Source: an uncultured Verrucomicrobiae bacterium (GTDB lineage Bacteria; Verrucomicrobiota; Verrucomicrobiia; Chthoniobacterales; UBA10450). From it: a DNA stretch of 64,000 nt. The notes beneath the pieces are model-generated. The model saw only the letters and a program-made list of their open reading frames with translations, did not search any database and was not told where the DNA came from. Positions 10,042-20,087 of the stretch are shown in pieces. The stretch covers positions 384,001 through 448,000 of the forward strand of contig CAWDGJ010000003.1 in assembly GCA_963801815.1 (NCBI GenBank), in the 5' to 3' direction. Each line of letters opens with the position of its first letter. Within the stretch, counting starts at the first letter, position 1. The position numbers and the translations under genes were made by a program.

Positions 10042-10851
10042 TTAGCTATTTTCCTCTGCCATCTCCTGGCTGCGTTTCGTTGCCGCATCCACTGCGGCGG
10101 TCAAACCTTCGCTCGTCTTCATCTTTTCCATGACCGCCAGGCCGGCCGCGGTTGTGCCGCCAGGAGTGACCACCATTTTGATTAAATCTTCCGCCGACAT
10201 TTTGCTTTGCCCCATTAGTTCGGCTGCGCCAAGGGTGGTTTGAATCGCGAGCGCGAGTGAAAGGTCTTTAGCGAGACCGAGCTTGGTGCCGCCGTTGGCA
10301 AGCGCGTCAATGATCGCGTAAACGAAGGCCGGACCGCTGCCACTCAGCGCGGTTACGATGTCGATTTGCGGTTCATCGATCTCGACGACCACGCCAATTG
10401 CGCTGAAAATTTTCCTGGCAAGATCAACATCTTGGTTCGTGCTTCGGCTTCCACGCGTGATCCCGGTTGCAGCGCGACAAATAACCGATGGCGTGTTGGT
10501 CAGCGCCCGCATGAACCGAGCGTTCGCGATTTTCTCCATGCTGCCAATTCGAACGCCACCCGCCAGTGAGATCACGAGCTTGTTTTCAAGTTGCGGCGCG
10601 AGATCTCGGAGAACGCCCAACACCATTCCGGGTTTAACTCCAATAAAAATCACGCTCGAATTCTTTGCCACGTCGGCGTTATCGGTAGTTACTGAGACGC
10701 CTGCTTCTTTTTGCAACGCCGCACGCGTTTGTTCGTTCGGTTCGCTGGCAATGATTTCGCCTGGCGAGCAGGATTTGGCGCGGATGAGGCCGCGGATCAC
10801 CGAGCCAGCCAGTTTGCCCGCACCAATAAACCCAAGCCGGTAACTATTCAT
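10042..10851 (-). CDS. proC: Pyrroline-5-carboxylate reductase
   Basis: GFIGAG, GVKP, TALSGSGPAF, VVTPGGTT. Confidence 0.96.
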   Translation of the reverse strand: MNSYRLGFIGAGKLAGSVIRGLIRAKSCSPGEIIASEPNEQTRAALQKEAGVSVTTDNADVAKNSSVIFIGVKPGMVLGVLRDLAPQLENKLVISLAGGVRIGSMEKIANARFMRALTNTPSVICRAATGITRGSRSTNQDVDLARKIFSAIGVVVEIDEPQIDIVTALSGSGPAFVYAIIDALANGGTKLGLAKDLSLALAIQTTLGAAELMGQSKMSAEDLIKMVVTPGGTTAAGLAVMEKMKTSEGLTAAVDAATKRSQEMAEENS

Positions 10852-10855
10852 GCAA

Positions 10856-10982
10856 TGTCATCCTGAACGAAGTGAAGGATCTCACACAAGGTGATTGATT
10901 ACGCAACGTACACCGCGTGATCCGGGCGTCGACTGTGAGATCCCTCGGTCCGAGCCGGACTGGCAAAGCGCCCGGGATGACG
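10856..10982. repeat. Family B element with a nested GTCCGAGCCGGACTGGC 17-mer
   Basis: TGTCATCCTGAAC...GGGATGAC; the 17-mer at 10948-10964 interrupts the right arm. Confidence 0.8.
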
Positions 10983-11026
10983 ATGCGGTGATGTTGAGTA
11001 CCTACTGTTTTCCGCGATAATAATTC

Positions 11027-12019
11027 ATGGTAGCTGCAACTCTGCAACGTAACGTTGCATCTAGTTCAAGAGATGGCGCTTCGCGTGGATCGAGTGCCGA
11101 TCTCGCCAAAGAACTGCGTACGCTTGCTACTGAGCGCAACGCGGTGATTCTCGCTCACAATTACCAGGTGCCGGAGCTTCAAGATGTCGCTGATTTCGTG
11201 GGCGACTCGTTAGGCCTCAGCTATCGGGCGGCGAAAACGGACTCTGACGTGATTTTGTTTTGTGGCGTCCATTTCATGGCCGAGACGGCGAAGATCATTA
11301 ATCCAACCAGGCGCGTGATCCTTCCCGATTTGGCGGCCGGTTGCTCGCTTTCGGAATCCTGTCCGCCGGAAAAACTGGCGGAGTTTCTAAAAAACCACGC
11401 CGACAAGAATTATTATGTCATCGCCTACATCAACTGCAGCGCTGGGGTTAAGGCGCAGTCCGATATCATTTGCACGAGCAGCAATGCGGACAAGGTCGTG
11501 AACGCCGCGCCTAAGAGTCGGAATATTCTGTTCGTGCCAGACCAAAACCTTGGCGCGTGGGTGATGGAGCGCACCGGCCGAATGATGGATTTGTGGCAGG
11601 GGAACTGTTACGTGCATGTCGAGTTCACCGCGCGGAGCATCAATCGCATACGCGAAGAATTTCCCGACGCGCCGGTGGTTGCTCACCCTGAGTGCACTTA
11701 TGCGGTGCGCATGCTCGCGGACGAAGTTTGTTCGACCGAGAAAATGGTCGCCTTCTGCAAAAAGACCCCAGCGAAGGAGATCATCATCGTGACTGAGGCG
11801 GGAATGCTGCATCGATTGAGGAAGGAAATCCCCGAGAAGACTTTCATTCCGGGACCGACCGAGAATTGTTTTTGCGGTGAATGCCGTTACATGAAAATGA
11901 ATACACTGGAAAAGGCCTACGACGCGCTCCTAAACATGGAACCGGAGATCACTTTGCCGGAACCGATTCGTGTGCGTGCCGAACTGCCGATTCTGCGAAT
12001 GCTGGAGCTGAGTCGCTGA
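11027..12019 (+). CDS. nadA: Quinolinate synthase
   Basis: ILAHNYQ, GDSL, CGVHFMAE, AGCS, YINCS, AHPEC, CRYMK. Confidence 0.97.
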   Translation: MVAATLQRNVASSSRDGASRGSSADLAKELRTLATERNAVILAHNYQVPELQDVADFVGDSLGLSYRAAKTDSDVILFCGVHFMAETAKIINPTRRVILPDLAAGCSLSESCPPEKLAEFLKNHADKNYYVIAYINCSAGVKAQSDIICTSSNADKVVNAAPKSRNILFVPDQNLGAWVMERTGRMMDLWQGNCYVHVEFTARSINRIREEFPDAPVVAHPECTYAVRMLADEVCSTEKMVAFCKKTPAKEIIIVTEAGMLHRLRKEIPEKTFIPGPTENCFCGECRYMKMNTLEKAYDALLNMEPEITLPEPIRVRAELPILRMLELSR

Positions 12020-12030
12020 CGCGGGAGTTC

Positions 12031-12101
12031 GAGTGACGGTTGACACGTGACGAGGCAAAACAAGGATTAGTCTTGTCACTCGTCACTCGTCACTCTTCAC
12101 T
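12031..12101. repeat. GTGACGA/TCGTCAC heptamer inverted-repeat element, family C
   Basis: GAGTGACG..GTGACGAG opposite GTCACTCGTCACTCGTCACTC. Confidence 0.7.
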
Positions 12102-12109
12102 TTTGTTCG

Positions 12110-13288
12110 ATGGAACGGCCGTCGATCTTTGTCATCATCGTCGTCTTGCTGTTGACTCTTCTATTTCTTCGCGAGCCACGGTTTCAACGGTCTGAGGAGA
12201 TTTTTTTGCGTTGGGTTTTGCGACATTCGGAACCGACCGTAAAGATGGCGCCGCTGACGGTTGTTGATGTTGGCAAAGAAAACCCACCGGCTCCGCTTGA
12301 GACGGCGTTGCTTTTGCAAGGTGTTCTCGAATTTAAACCTACCGTCGTTGCGATTGAGCCCATCCTGCACTGGGGGGAGGGCGCCAAGGATCAGGAACAA
12401 ATTTTCCTCGATCAGGCAATGCGCGTTCCAAGACTCTTGCTTGGAGCCAAGCTTACCGCTGCAGCCGATCCGGACGCGCCTGTCGTTGAAATTCCCGGTT
12501 TCACCAAAGTCAGTGGTCGTCGTGGCGATCTCCCGGAGTTCTCCGGGATCGAACTTCAGCCGGACGAGGACGTGCGAATCCTTTCCGCGCTTGGGTTTTT
12601 GAATTTTCCAGAAGAGGGCGCCGGCAGTCTCAGTGTCCCGCTGCTTTTTCAATATCGCGGCGAAGTAATCCCGGCTTTCACGCTTCAAGCCGTGATGCTC
12701 TGGCTTCGCGTGACGCCTGATGAAGTGAAGATCGACATCGGCTCGTCGATCGAGTTCCCGAACGGAACCAAGATTCCCATTCGTGCCGATGGCACGCTTT
12801 TGGTCAACCCGCGTATGGCGCATCGCGCGCGCCAAATCACGATGGACGAATTGTTGCTCGGCGCCCAACAACACGAAGGCGGCACCGCGAGCGGCATCCA
12901 TCTCGAAGATATTCCGACCCAAATCGTGCTTGCGCATACCACAACCACCAGGCCCGACCTTTTTGCCGCGGCCATCGCGACGATCCAGGCCAAAACATTT
13001 GTCCGCCGCGTCAGCTCGATCTTCGATTGCATGATGGTGGTGCTGGCGGCCGCGTTAAGTGGATGGCTACGCAGGTTTTCGCGAGTCGATCTGCTCATCG
13101 GCGTCGTCGCTTTCTCAGCCGGCTACGTTTTGATTGCCGTTGGGACGGTTTCGGCGTGGGCGATCTGGCTTCCGGGCTTTCTGCCGCTCGGCGCCGTGTG
13201 GATTTCAGTTTTGTTCGCGATGATCCTTCCCAAGCCAAAGGATTCGCTGCGCAACGTTACCGTGGTCGCGCCGCCGCCGGCGCCGTAA
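12110..13288 (+). CDS. Membrane protein with a CHASE2-like extracellular domain
   Basis: N-terminal TM; LTVVDV, PTVVAIE, VPLLFQYRG..PAFTLQ and IPIRADG.LLVN motifs; three C-terminal TMs; no output domain. Confidence 0.6.
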   Translation: MERPSIFVIIVVLLLTLLFLREPRFQRSEEIFLRWVLRHSEPTVKMAPLTVVDVGKENPPAPLETALLLQGVLEFKPTVVAIEPILHWGEGAKDQEQIFLDQAMRVPRLLLGAKLTAAADPDAPVVEIPGFTKVSGRRGDLPEFSGIELQPDEDVRILSALGFLNFPEEGAGSLSVPLLFQYRGEVIPAFTLQAVMLWLRVTPDEVKIDIGSSIEFPNGTKIPIRADGTLLVNPRMAHRARQITMDELLLGAQQHEGGTASGIHLEDIPTQIVLAHTTTTRPDLFAAAIATIQAKTFVRRVSSIFDCMMVVLAAALSGWLRRFSRVDLLIGVVAFSAGYVLIAVGTVSAWAIWLPGFLPLGAVWISVLFAMILPKPKDSLRNVTVVAPPPAP

Positions 13289-14328
13289 TGAAATCCACAA
13301 AATCAATCGAAGCGCGGGTCGCACGCCTCCATGCGGATGGAGTCGTCGATATGCATTTCGATTTACCGCTTGATCTTTACGAGAAGCGAAATCATCCGGG
13401 CGCCCTCGCTTCGCACTATTTGCCGGAGTTCGAAGCGGGCGACGTCGGCGTTGTCGGAGCGGCGCTTTACGTTGAAGACCGCTACTTGCCGGAGTTGGGC
13501 TTGCGAGTCGCGCTTGATCAGGTCGCGCAGCTTTACTCGGAAGTTGAAGGCACGAACCGATTCGCGATCTGCAAAACGAGCGGGGAGATCGCGCGAGCCC
13601 GAAAAGAAAAGCAGATCGCATTGATCATCACGATGGAAGGTGTCGAGCCGCTCGGGGAGGACTTGAATCTACTGCGCGTCTTTTATCAGCTTGGGCTCCG
13701 CATGGTGGGACTCACTCACGCGCGGCGCAACGCTGCCGGCGCGGGCGGAATTTTTTCGGCAAGCGGTTCACCTCGAGATGGATTGACCGGATTCGGACGC
13801 GAAGTTGTCAAGGAATGCGAGCGACTCGGTATCATCATCGACCTCGCGCACATCAATCCGAAGGGTTTCGAGGAGATTGTCGAGTTAACGAAGAAGCCGC
13901 TGATCGTTTCGCACACCAATGCGAGAAAATTCTACGACATCGAACGCAATATCAGCGACGAACAGATCAAGATGATCGGCGAACGCCGCGGCGTGATCGG
14001 TGTCAACGCGATTCTGGTCAGCCCAAATCCGAGCGAGAGCACGATCGACCGCTACGTCGACCATATCGAACACCTGATTGGTCTGATCGGCATTGACGGG
14101 GTAGGGATTGGTTTCGATTTTTGCGAATATTTGTTTGAGCAGTTACCGGAAAATGTTCGGAAGGAGCTGGCGGCAAAATTGACCACGCCGCATTTTATTC
14201 CCGATCTAACGAATCATTCTCACGCTCGAAATCTGACGCGCAAGCTGATCGAGCGCGGTTTCAGCGACGCAGACATCGAGAAGATTCTGCGGGGAAATTG
14301 GCTGCGAGTTTTTGAAGAAGCGTTGTAG
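13288..14328 (+). CDS. Membrane dipeptidase (peptidase M19)
   Basis: DMHFD, ITMEG, GLTH, DLAH, VSHTN, RNISD, GIGFDF, GNWLRV; ATG overlaps the upstream TAA. Confidence 0.93.
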   Translation: MKSTKSIEARVARLHADGVVDMHFDLPLDLYEKRNHPGALASHYLPEFEAGDVGVVGAALYVEDRYLPELGLRVALDQVAQLYSEVEGTNRFAICKTSGEIARARKEKQIALIITMEGVEPLGEDLNLLRVFYQLGLRMVGLTHARRNAAGAGGIFSASGSPRDGLTGFGREVVKECERLGIIIDLAHINPKGFEEIVELTKKPLIVSHTNARKFYDIERNISDEQIKMIGERRGVIGVNAILVSPNPSESTIDRYVDHIEHLIGLIGIDGVGIGFDFCEYLFEQLPENVRKELAAKLTTPHFIPDLTNHSHARNLTRKLIERGFSDADIEKILRGNWLRVFEEAL

Positions 14329-14372
14329 CGGCGCTCTATGAGCGCCGTCGGCGGTCGCAGACCGCCGCTACA
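14324..14372. repeat. REP-like GTAG palindrome
   Basis: TGTAGCGGCGCTCTATGAGCG...GACCGCCGCTACA; its GTAG contains the dipeptidase TAG stop. Confidence 0.85.
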
Positions 14373-14373
14373 G

Positions 14374-15717
14374 TTACACGATTCCCAACACCGGAAATTT
14401 TCGGCCAAGGACGATTTCGCTCGGGGCTCTTAACCAGCGATCAAGCACCGTGCCGTAAACGCTGCGAAAATCGGTGTTGAATTTCAGATCGCCGTGATCG
14501 AGATCGGTCAGGCTCGGATACTTCCCGAACAGTCCGGCCTTCACCGCGCCCCCGAACACGAACATGGGCGCGGCCGCGCCGTGATCGGTGCCGCCGTTGG
14601 CGTTTTCCGTGAACGCGCCGTCCGAATTCGCTGAACGTCATCATCAGAACACGCTCGAAATTTCCCTGCTGCTTTCAGGTCGGCCACGAACGCGCTGACC
14701 GCATCGTTGAAATCGCCCATCAATCGCTCGTGGGTGTTGATTTGCCCGGCGTGGGTGTCGAAGCCGCCCTGGCTGGCGTAGTAAACGCGGGTCGGCAATC
14801 CGCCGGCGATCATCCGCGCGATGATGTTCAAGACTCGCCGCGAGCTGGCCCTGGGGATACGGCACGGTCGATTTATATTTCCGTGCGATGGCGAGGATTT
14901 TGTCCGAGCTGAGCTGCGCATCGAGCGCGGTGCGTTGAAGAAAATCCAGAGTGCTCAAATCGTTTCTGTTTTTCCAGGGATCGCGCCGATCGATCCACCG
15001 GCGTTCGATGCTGCGGTGCCGCCATCTTCGCCACCGCCGGCTTCGTTCAGTTGACGGAAAAACATTTCTTCGGCGCTCATTCTGTCCGTTGTCCGGCTCG
15101 GACGATGCGAAACCGAAATTGTTCCGGGCGCGAAAATGTCACTCCGGTCGGATTTTTCGCAGCGAACGCCTGCGGCGTTTCTTCTCCAATCGCAACGCCA
15201 ACGGTCGGGATCCGCACCCGAGCAACAGTTGTCGAAGTAACGGCCGAGCCATCCTTCGCTCACTGTGTGATCGGCATCGGACGCCGTCTGCCAGATTTCG
15301 GTCGAACGAAAATGCGAGCGGTTCGGATTCGGATAACCGACGCCCTGCACGATCGCGAGATGTCCTTCGTCGTAGAGCGACTTGAACCCGCTAAGTCTTC
15401 GGATTGAGCCCGATGTGGTTGTCGATCTTGAGAACCTGATCGGCGGCCAATCGGAGCCGCGGTCGCGCCTCATGATAAGCATCATTCGCGTAGGGCACGA
15501 CGGTGTTGAGGCCGTCGTTGCCGCCGGCCATCTGCAGCACGACGAGGATCGTTCCGTCCTTGCCGGTGACAACCTGTGTCGCTGCATCAGCGGCCAGTGC
15601 GTCGAGCGCAAAGAAAGTTTTTTCCAGAAACACCGGAAGCGTCCAGGTGGCGGCGGCCCCGAGCATCGAAGTGCGAAGAAATTTTCGGCGAGTTTGTAAT
15701 GTGCAATTCGAGTTCAT
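14374..15717 (-). CDS. DUF1501 domain protein with Tat signal; several frameshifts
   Basis: TRRKFL Tat motif, LVVLQMAGGNDGLNTVVP, YPNPNRSHFRS, GGFDTH, FSEFGRR, DFRSVY spread over several frames. Confidence 0.85.
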
Positions 15718-15722
15718 AAAGG

Positions 15723-16052
15723 CTACTTAGCTGGCAATGTCATTGAGTAGGTGATGAACCCGCATACCGCGACCATGCCAACCATTGCCGCGATAAATAT
15801 TCCGTCGGCTGTTCGTTCGATCCGGTGCATTCGCGCCGCAGGTCGTGACCGCAGTGCCCAATAAGAAAGAAGACACGAAGCGAGGAACATCAGAGCGTCA
15901 CCGGCAAGAAAGTCGTCCGCCAGGGTATCTGCTCTGCCTAAAGTAATGACGACGCGGATTAACCCAATCACGGTCAAACAAACTCCGACCATCGCCGATG
16001 AAACCGTAAAGATGTGAATGCAAATGTCCTCTTCGAGGTCGGCGTTCTTCAT
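15723..16052 (-). CDS. Small membrane hypothetical protein
   Basis: MKNADLEEDICIHIFTVSSAMVGVCLTVIG..., three TMs; ATGA overlap with the DUF1800 stop. Confidence 0.75.
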   Translation of the reverse strand: MKNADLEEDICIHIFTVSSAMVGVCLTVIGLIRVVITLGRADTLADDFLAGDALMFLASCLLSYWALRSRPAARMHRIERTADGIFIAAMVGMVAVCGFITYSMTLPAK

Positions 16053-17546
16053 GCCAGTTGAAATTGTGGCGTGCTCATCATCAGATGGACCAGTTCGCGC
16101 AGATTCACGTCCGTCGATGTCCGGTCCGCGCGACTCGAGAAATTTCACGAAGCGTATCGATCTCTTTGCCTTCGGGCGCGTCTGAAAAAGTCTTTTCGCC
16201 AAAAGATCCACAACTTCGGGCGGCTTCGTCGCGCATCACTTCGGGACAAGCTTGCCGACATCGATTGGGTCGCGCTTGAGTTGTTGCGCGTACTGCGCCG
16301 CACGGCCAAATCCAACGTCGGCCCCTTGTCGCGGTTGTCGAACGGCCGGTGGCAGGATCGCATCGCCGTTGATCAGGTAGTTCGCGAAGTTATACCGAAA
16401 CAATAACGTCGACGTGCTGATCCATTCTTTGCCGCCGTCCCAGCCTTTTACGTTCGGCGGCGCGAAAAGAATCTGGCCCATCTGCCGCATCGCATTTTGC
16501 GAGGCGATCGGCGCCGGCAACGACGCGTCGAGTGTCTTCGACGTTTGAACGATGTATTGGACCGGGCTTTTGATCTGATTGCCGACCACTCGATCGGAAT
16601 AAAATTCCGCAGAGCTTAAAATCTCGCGCAGAAGCGGCCGCATTTCGAAATTGTGTTCGCGAATTCGTCGCAGCCACTAAATCGACCAGCGCGGTCGACG
16701 GTTCGTCTTCGACGAAGAAACGCCACAACTTGCGCCCGATGAATTGTGCGCACGCCGGCTTGGACACCAGCATGTCGATGATGTCGTCGCCGTTCAGGTT
16801 ACCGGTGCGACCCATGAAAGTCTTCGAGCCGATGGTCTTGCTGGAACGGTGCGAAGCGAAATTGCTGCGTCGTAAAGTCAATCCGATAACCGGTGAACGC
16901 GCGCGCCGACTCGCGAATGTCTTGCTCGGTGTAATTGCCGATGCCAACCGTGAACAATTCCATCAATTCACGCGCCCAGTTTTCGTTGGGATGTTCCTGC
17001 CGGCTCTGCTGCAAATCGAGGTAGATCATCATCGCCGGGTCGCGTGAAATTTTCTTCGACCAGCGCGCCGAAGTTTCCAAGGGCGTTGCGGCGAAGGGTG
17101 TCGTTTTGCAGCCACATCCAGTACGCGTCGCGCACTTTCTGGATGCTGGTGGCGAAGTGCCCGTGCCAGAACAATGTCATTTTTTCCAGAAGCGGCGCCG
17201 GCCCGTTGAGCATCCGATCGAGCCACCACCGGCGAAGGTCGATCATTTCGTCGCCTTCCATCATCCGGACCTCGCGAACCTTGCTCTGAAAATTTTCGCC
17301 GCGATCTTTAGCGGCCTTAATCTCCATCCGCTGTGCCCGAATGTTCCGCGGGTGGGCCCAGGCCGGCGGCGGCAGGTTGGCCGCATCAGGTTTCACATCG
17401 ACCAAATCCCGGACCGCAGCGGTAAGACCTTTTTGCCGGGTTCGTTCGATTTCATCTGGTGTGCCTCCGAAACCAGCTCGATTCAGAAGGTGCGCCGCGG
17501 TGGAGTGGTTCCATTTCGAATCCGGCAGCGGCGTCAACATGTTCAT
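16049..17546 (-). CDS. DUF1800 domain protein; several frameshifts
   Basis: AAHLLNRAGFG, EKMTLFWHGHFAT, PNENWARELMELFT, PPNVKGW, C-terminal STPQFQLA; split across frames. Confidence 0.85.
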
Positions 17547-17593
17547 TAAACCTCTTAATAAGACGAGAGTCGCGTTACCACGGTTACAGCGTT

Positions 17594-17788
17594 CTTGCTC
17601 GTGCTCGTACTCTTACTCATTCTGATTACATGAAACCCAGTTCGACTATGAGAAATTGCATGTCTATCAACAGGCCCCAACCTTCGTACCTTGGGCCACT
17701 CAGCTTTTGTCTAAGATTCAGCCGAAGGCTGCAGAGTCGTCCGAATACCTAACTCTGAGAGAAGAGTAAGAGTAAGAGAAAGAGCAAG
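17594..17788 (+). pseudogene. Four-helix-bundle (23S rRNA IVS protein-like) remnant flanked by 25-bp inverted repeats
   Basis: Frame 17629-17769 reads QFDYEKLHVYQQAPTFVPWATQLLSKIQPKAA..LREE; arms 17594-17618 and 17764-17788 match 22/25. Confidence 0.65.
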
Positions 17789-17794
17789 GTTTCA

Positions 17795-19165
17795 TTGAGA
17801 TTCATTAATCTGACGCGTCGGACTGAAATTGGCGCGAACTCTTACTATTTAGAAACAGCCGATCATCGGCTGATCCTCGACTGCGGGATGCATCCCAAGC
17901 TCCAGGGCGAGGAAGCACTGCCGAACATGAACGCAATCGGCGGCCGGCGCCTGGACGCTATCATCATCTCGCATGCGCATCAGGACCACATCGGGACGCT
18001 GCCGGTCTTGATGCGTCGCCAGCCGCAGGCCCGTGTTTTCATGACCGAGCCAACCGCCGCGATCGGAAGCGCGCTTCTCCACAACTCCGTGAATGTGATG
18101 ACGCGGCAGCGTGAAGAATTGGGCACGACGCTGTATCCACTTTTCACTCATCGCGAGATCGATCGCGTGAGCGAGCGCTGGCAATTACGCGCCCTGCGGC
18201 AGACTTACACCCTTTCCGGCGAACGGGCTCCCGCCAATTCCAGTGAAACGACTTTCGAGTTTTACGAGGCCGGTCATGTGCTTGGCTCGACTGGAGTGCT
18301 CCTCCGGACCGAAGGCCGGACGGTGTTTTACACCGGCGACGTTAATTTCGATGATCAGACGATCGCGCAGGCGGCCCTGTTTCCCGAGCAAGACATCGAC
18401 ATCCTGATCATGGAATGCACGCGCGGTGACACGCCGGTTCCGCCGGACTGGTCGCGCGTGAGCGAAGAAAAACGTTTTATGCAAGCGATCGAGAGCGCGT
18501 TTACGCGCGGAGGGTGCGTGCTCGTTCCCGTGTTCGCACTCGGCAAAACCCAGGAAGTGCTCGCCATGCTTTATAAACTGCGACGCGAGAAAACTCTCGA
18601 TTTTCCCATTTACATCGGCGGTCTCAGCTCAAAGATCAGCAACATTTATGACGATCGCGCGCAGATGGGGCGCCGCCAGTTGCCGCGATTACAATTGCTC
18701 GACGAGCTGCGGCCGTTTGTTTTGAACGCGGACAGCATTCATGAAGCTCAGGCTCGGCCCGGTCGTGTCTACGCTCTTTCCAGTGGGATGATGACACCGA
18801 AAACTCTCTCCAACATTTTCGCTCAACGAATTGTCGATCAATCCCGGCATTCGATCTTCTTCGTTGGTTATGCCGATCCGGAATCGCCGGCCGGCATTTT
18901 GCGGAACGCGCGCGCTAGTGACGAAGTGACTATTGATTCCGACCATGGCCCGCAACGCGTACAATGCCACATCGAGCAGTTTCAATTCAGCGCGCACGCA
19001 TCGCGGGAATCGCTCATCGGTTTCGCCGAGCGACTCGCGCCGAAGAAGATTGTGCTCGTGCACGGCGATCCGCCAGCGGTGGAGTGGATGCGTGCGCGGC
19101 TGGTGTCCGATTTGCCAAAGTCCGAGGTGATCGTGCCGAAACCGGGCGTGGAATTGGAATTGTGA
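17795..19165 (+). CDS. MBL-fold beta-CASP ribonuclease
   Basis: DCG, SHAHQDH, AGHVLG, YTGD, FSAHA, LVHGD. Confidence 0.92.
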   Translation: MRFINLTRRTEIGANSYYLETADHRLILDCGMHPKLQGEEALPNMNAIGGRRLDAIIISHAHQDHIGTLPVLMRRQPQARVFMTEPTAAIGSALLHNSVNVMTRQREELGTTLYPLFTHREIDRVSERWQLRALRQTYTLSGERAPANSSETTFEFYEAGHVLGSTGVLLRTEGRTVFYTGDVNFDDQTIAQAALFPEQDIDILIMECTRGDTPVPPDWSRVSEEKRFMQAIESAFTRGGCVLVPVFALGKTQEVLAMLYKLRREKTLDFPIYIGGLSSKISNIYDDRAQMGRRQLPRLQLLDELRPFVLNADSIHEAQARPGRVYALSSGMMTPKTLSNIFAQRIVDQSRHSIFFVGYADPESPAGILRNARASDEVTIDSDHGPQRVQCHIEQFQFSAHASRESLIGFAERLAPKKIVLVHGDPPAVEWMRARLVSDLPKSEVIVPKPGVELEL

Positions 19166-19244
19166 TGAGTAAATAGTGATCTTGATCAATAACGAGCAGC
19201 TCGGCCAGAGCCTCTGTTCACTTGTCACAGGTCACTGGTCACTT
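19163..19244. repeat. Degenerate family C heptamer element
   Basis: GTGATGAGTAAATAGTGA opposite TCACTTGTCACAGGTCACTGGTCAC. Confidence 0.55.
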
Positions 19245-19249
19245 CTTAA

Positions 19250-20014
19250 ATGAGAGTTGTTTCATGGAACATTAATTCGTTGCGCAAGCGCCAGGACCGA
19301 TTGTTCGAATGGCTCGAGACTACGAAGCCCGACGTGGTTTGTTTGCAGGAGACAAAATGCCCCGACGAACAGTTTCCCGCGCTTTCGTTGCAATCGGCCG
19401 GCTACGATTGCGCCTATCACGGCGAAAAATCCTACAACGGCGTCGCGATTCTTTCGAAAACCAAACTGACCGACGTTCGCGCGTCGCTTTGCGATGAAGT
19501 GGCCGATCCGCAAGCGCGCGTGATTTCTGCAACGGTTGGAGGCGTACGCATCTATTCGGTTTACGCTCCGAACGGTCAGTCCGTTGGTTCGCCAGCTTAC
19601 AAATACAAACTCGAATGGTACGCCCGCCTGCGCGAGTGCCTCGCCAGGGAGAAGGATGTGGACCTCGCCGCCTGCGGCGACTTCAACGTCGCGCCGGAAG
19701 ATGTCGATGTTTATGATCCTGAGCTTTGGCGCGGCGCGATCATGTGTTCGGACGGCGAGCGCGCCGCGTTTCAAAAGCTTTGCCAAATCGGCTTGCGCGA
19801 CACTCTGCGATTGCAGCCGCAACCGCCGGGCGTTTTTACGTGGTGGGACTATCGAATGCTCGCCTTTCCAAAAAATCGCGGACTGCGAATCGATGGAGTT
19901 CTGGCGAGTGAGTCCCTGGCAAAGAAATGCACGGCCGCGGGAGTCGATCGCGAGGTGCGGAAAGGGAAGGATCCTTCCGATCACGCGCCGATTTGGGCGG
20001 AGTTTAAACTGTAG
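19250..20014 (+). CDS. xth: Exodeoxyribonuclease III
   Basis: SWNINS, LQETK, YNGVA, GDFNVAP, WWDYR, GLRID, SDHAP. Confidence 0.96.
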   Translation: MRVVSWNINSLRKRQDRLFEWLETTKPDVVCLQETKCPDEQFPALSLQSAGYDCAYHGEKSYNGVAILSKTKLTDVRASLCDEVADPQARVISATVGGVRIYSVYAPNGQSVGSPAYKYKLEWYARLRECLAREKDVDLAACGDFNVAPEDVDVYDPELWRGAIMCSDGERAAFQKLCQIGLRDTLRLQPQPPGVFTWWDYRMLAFPKNRGLRIDGVLASESLAKKCTAAGVDREVRKGKDPSDHAPIWAEFKL

Positions 20015-20080
20015 CGGCGCTCTATCAGCGTCGCATTAGTTTCAAAATAAGAGTGCGACGGTCACAGACCGCCGCTACAG
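20009..20080. repeat. REP-like GTAG palindrome, same subfamily as 14324
   Basis: CTGTAGCGGCGCTCTATCAGCG...GACCGCCGCTACAG; contains the xth TAG stop. Confidence 0.85.
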
Positions 20081-20087
20081 AAGAAGC

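Noticed and set aside
15090..15102. Partial match to the 17-nt module in the DUF1501 gene
   Set aside because: Only 13 nt match, lacking the TGGC tail; may be coding coincidence
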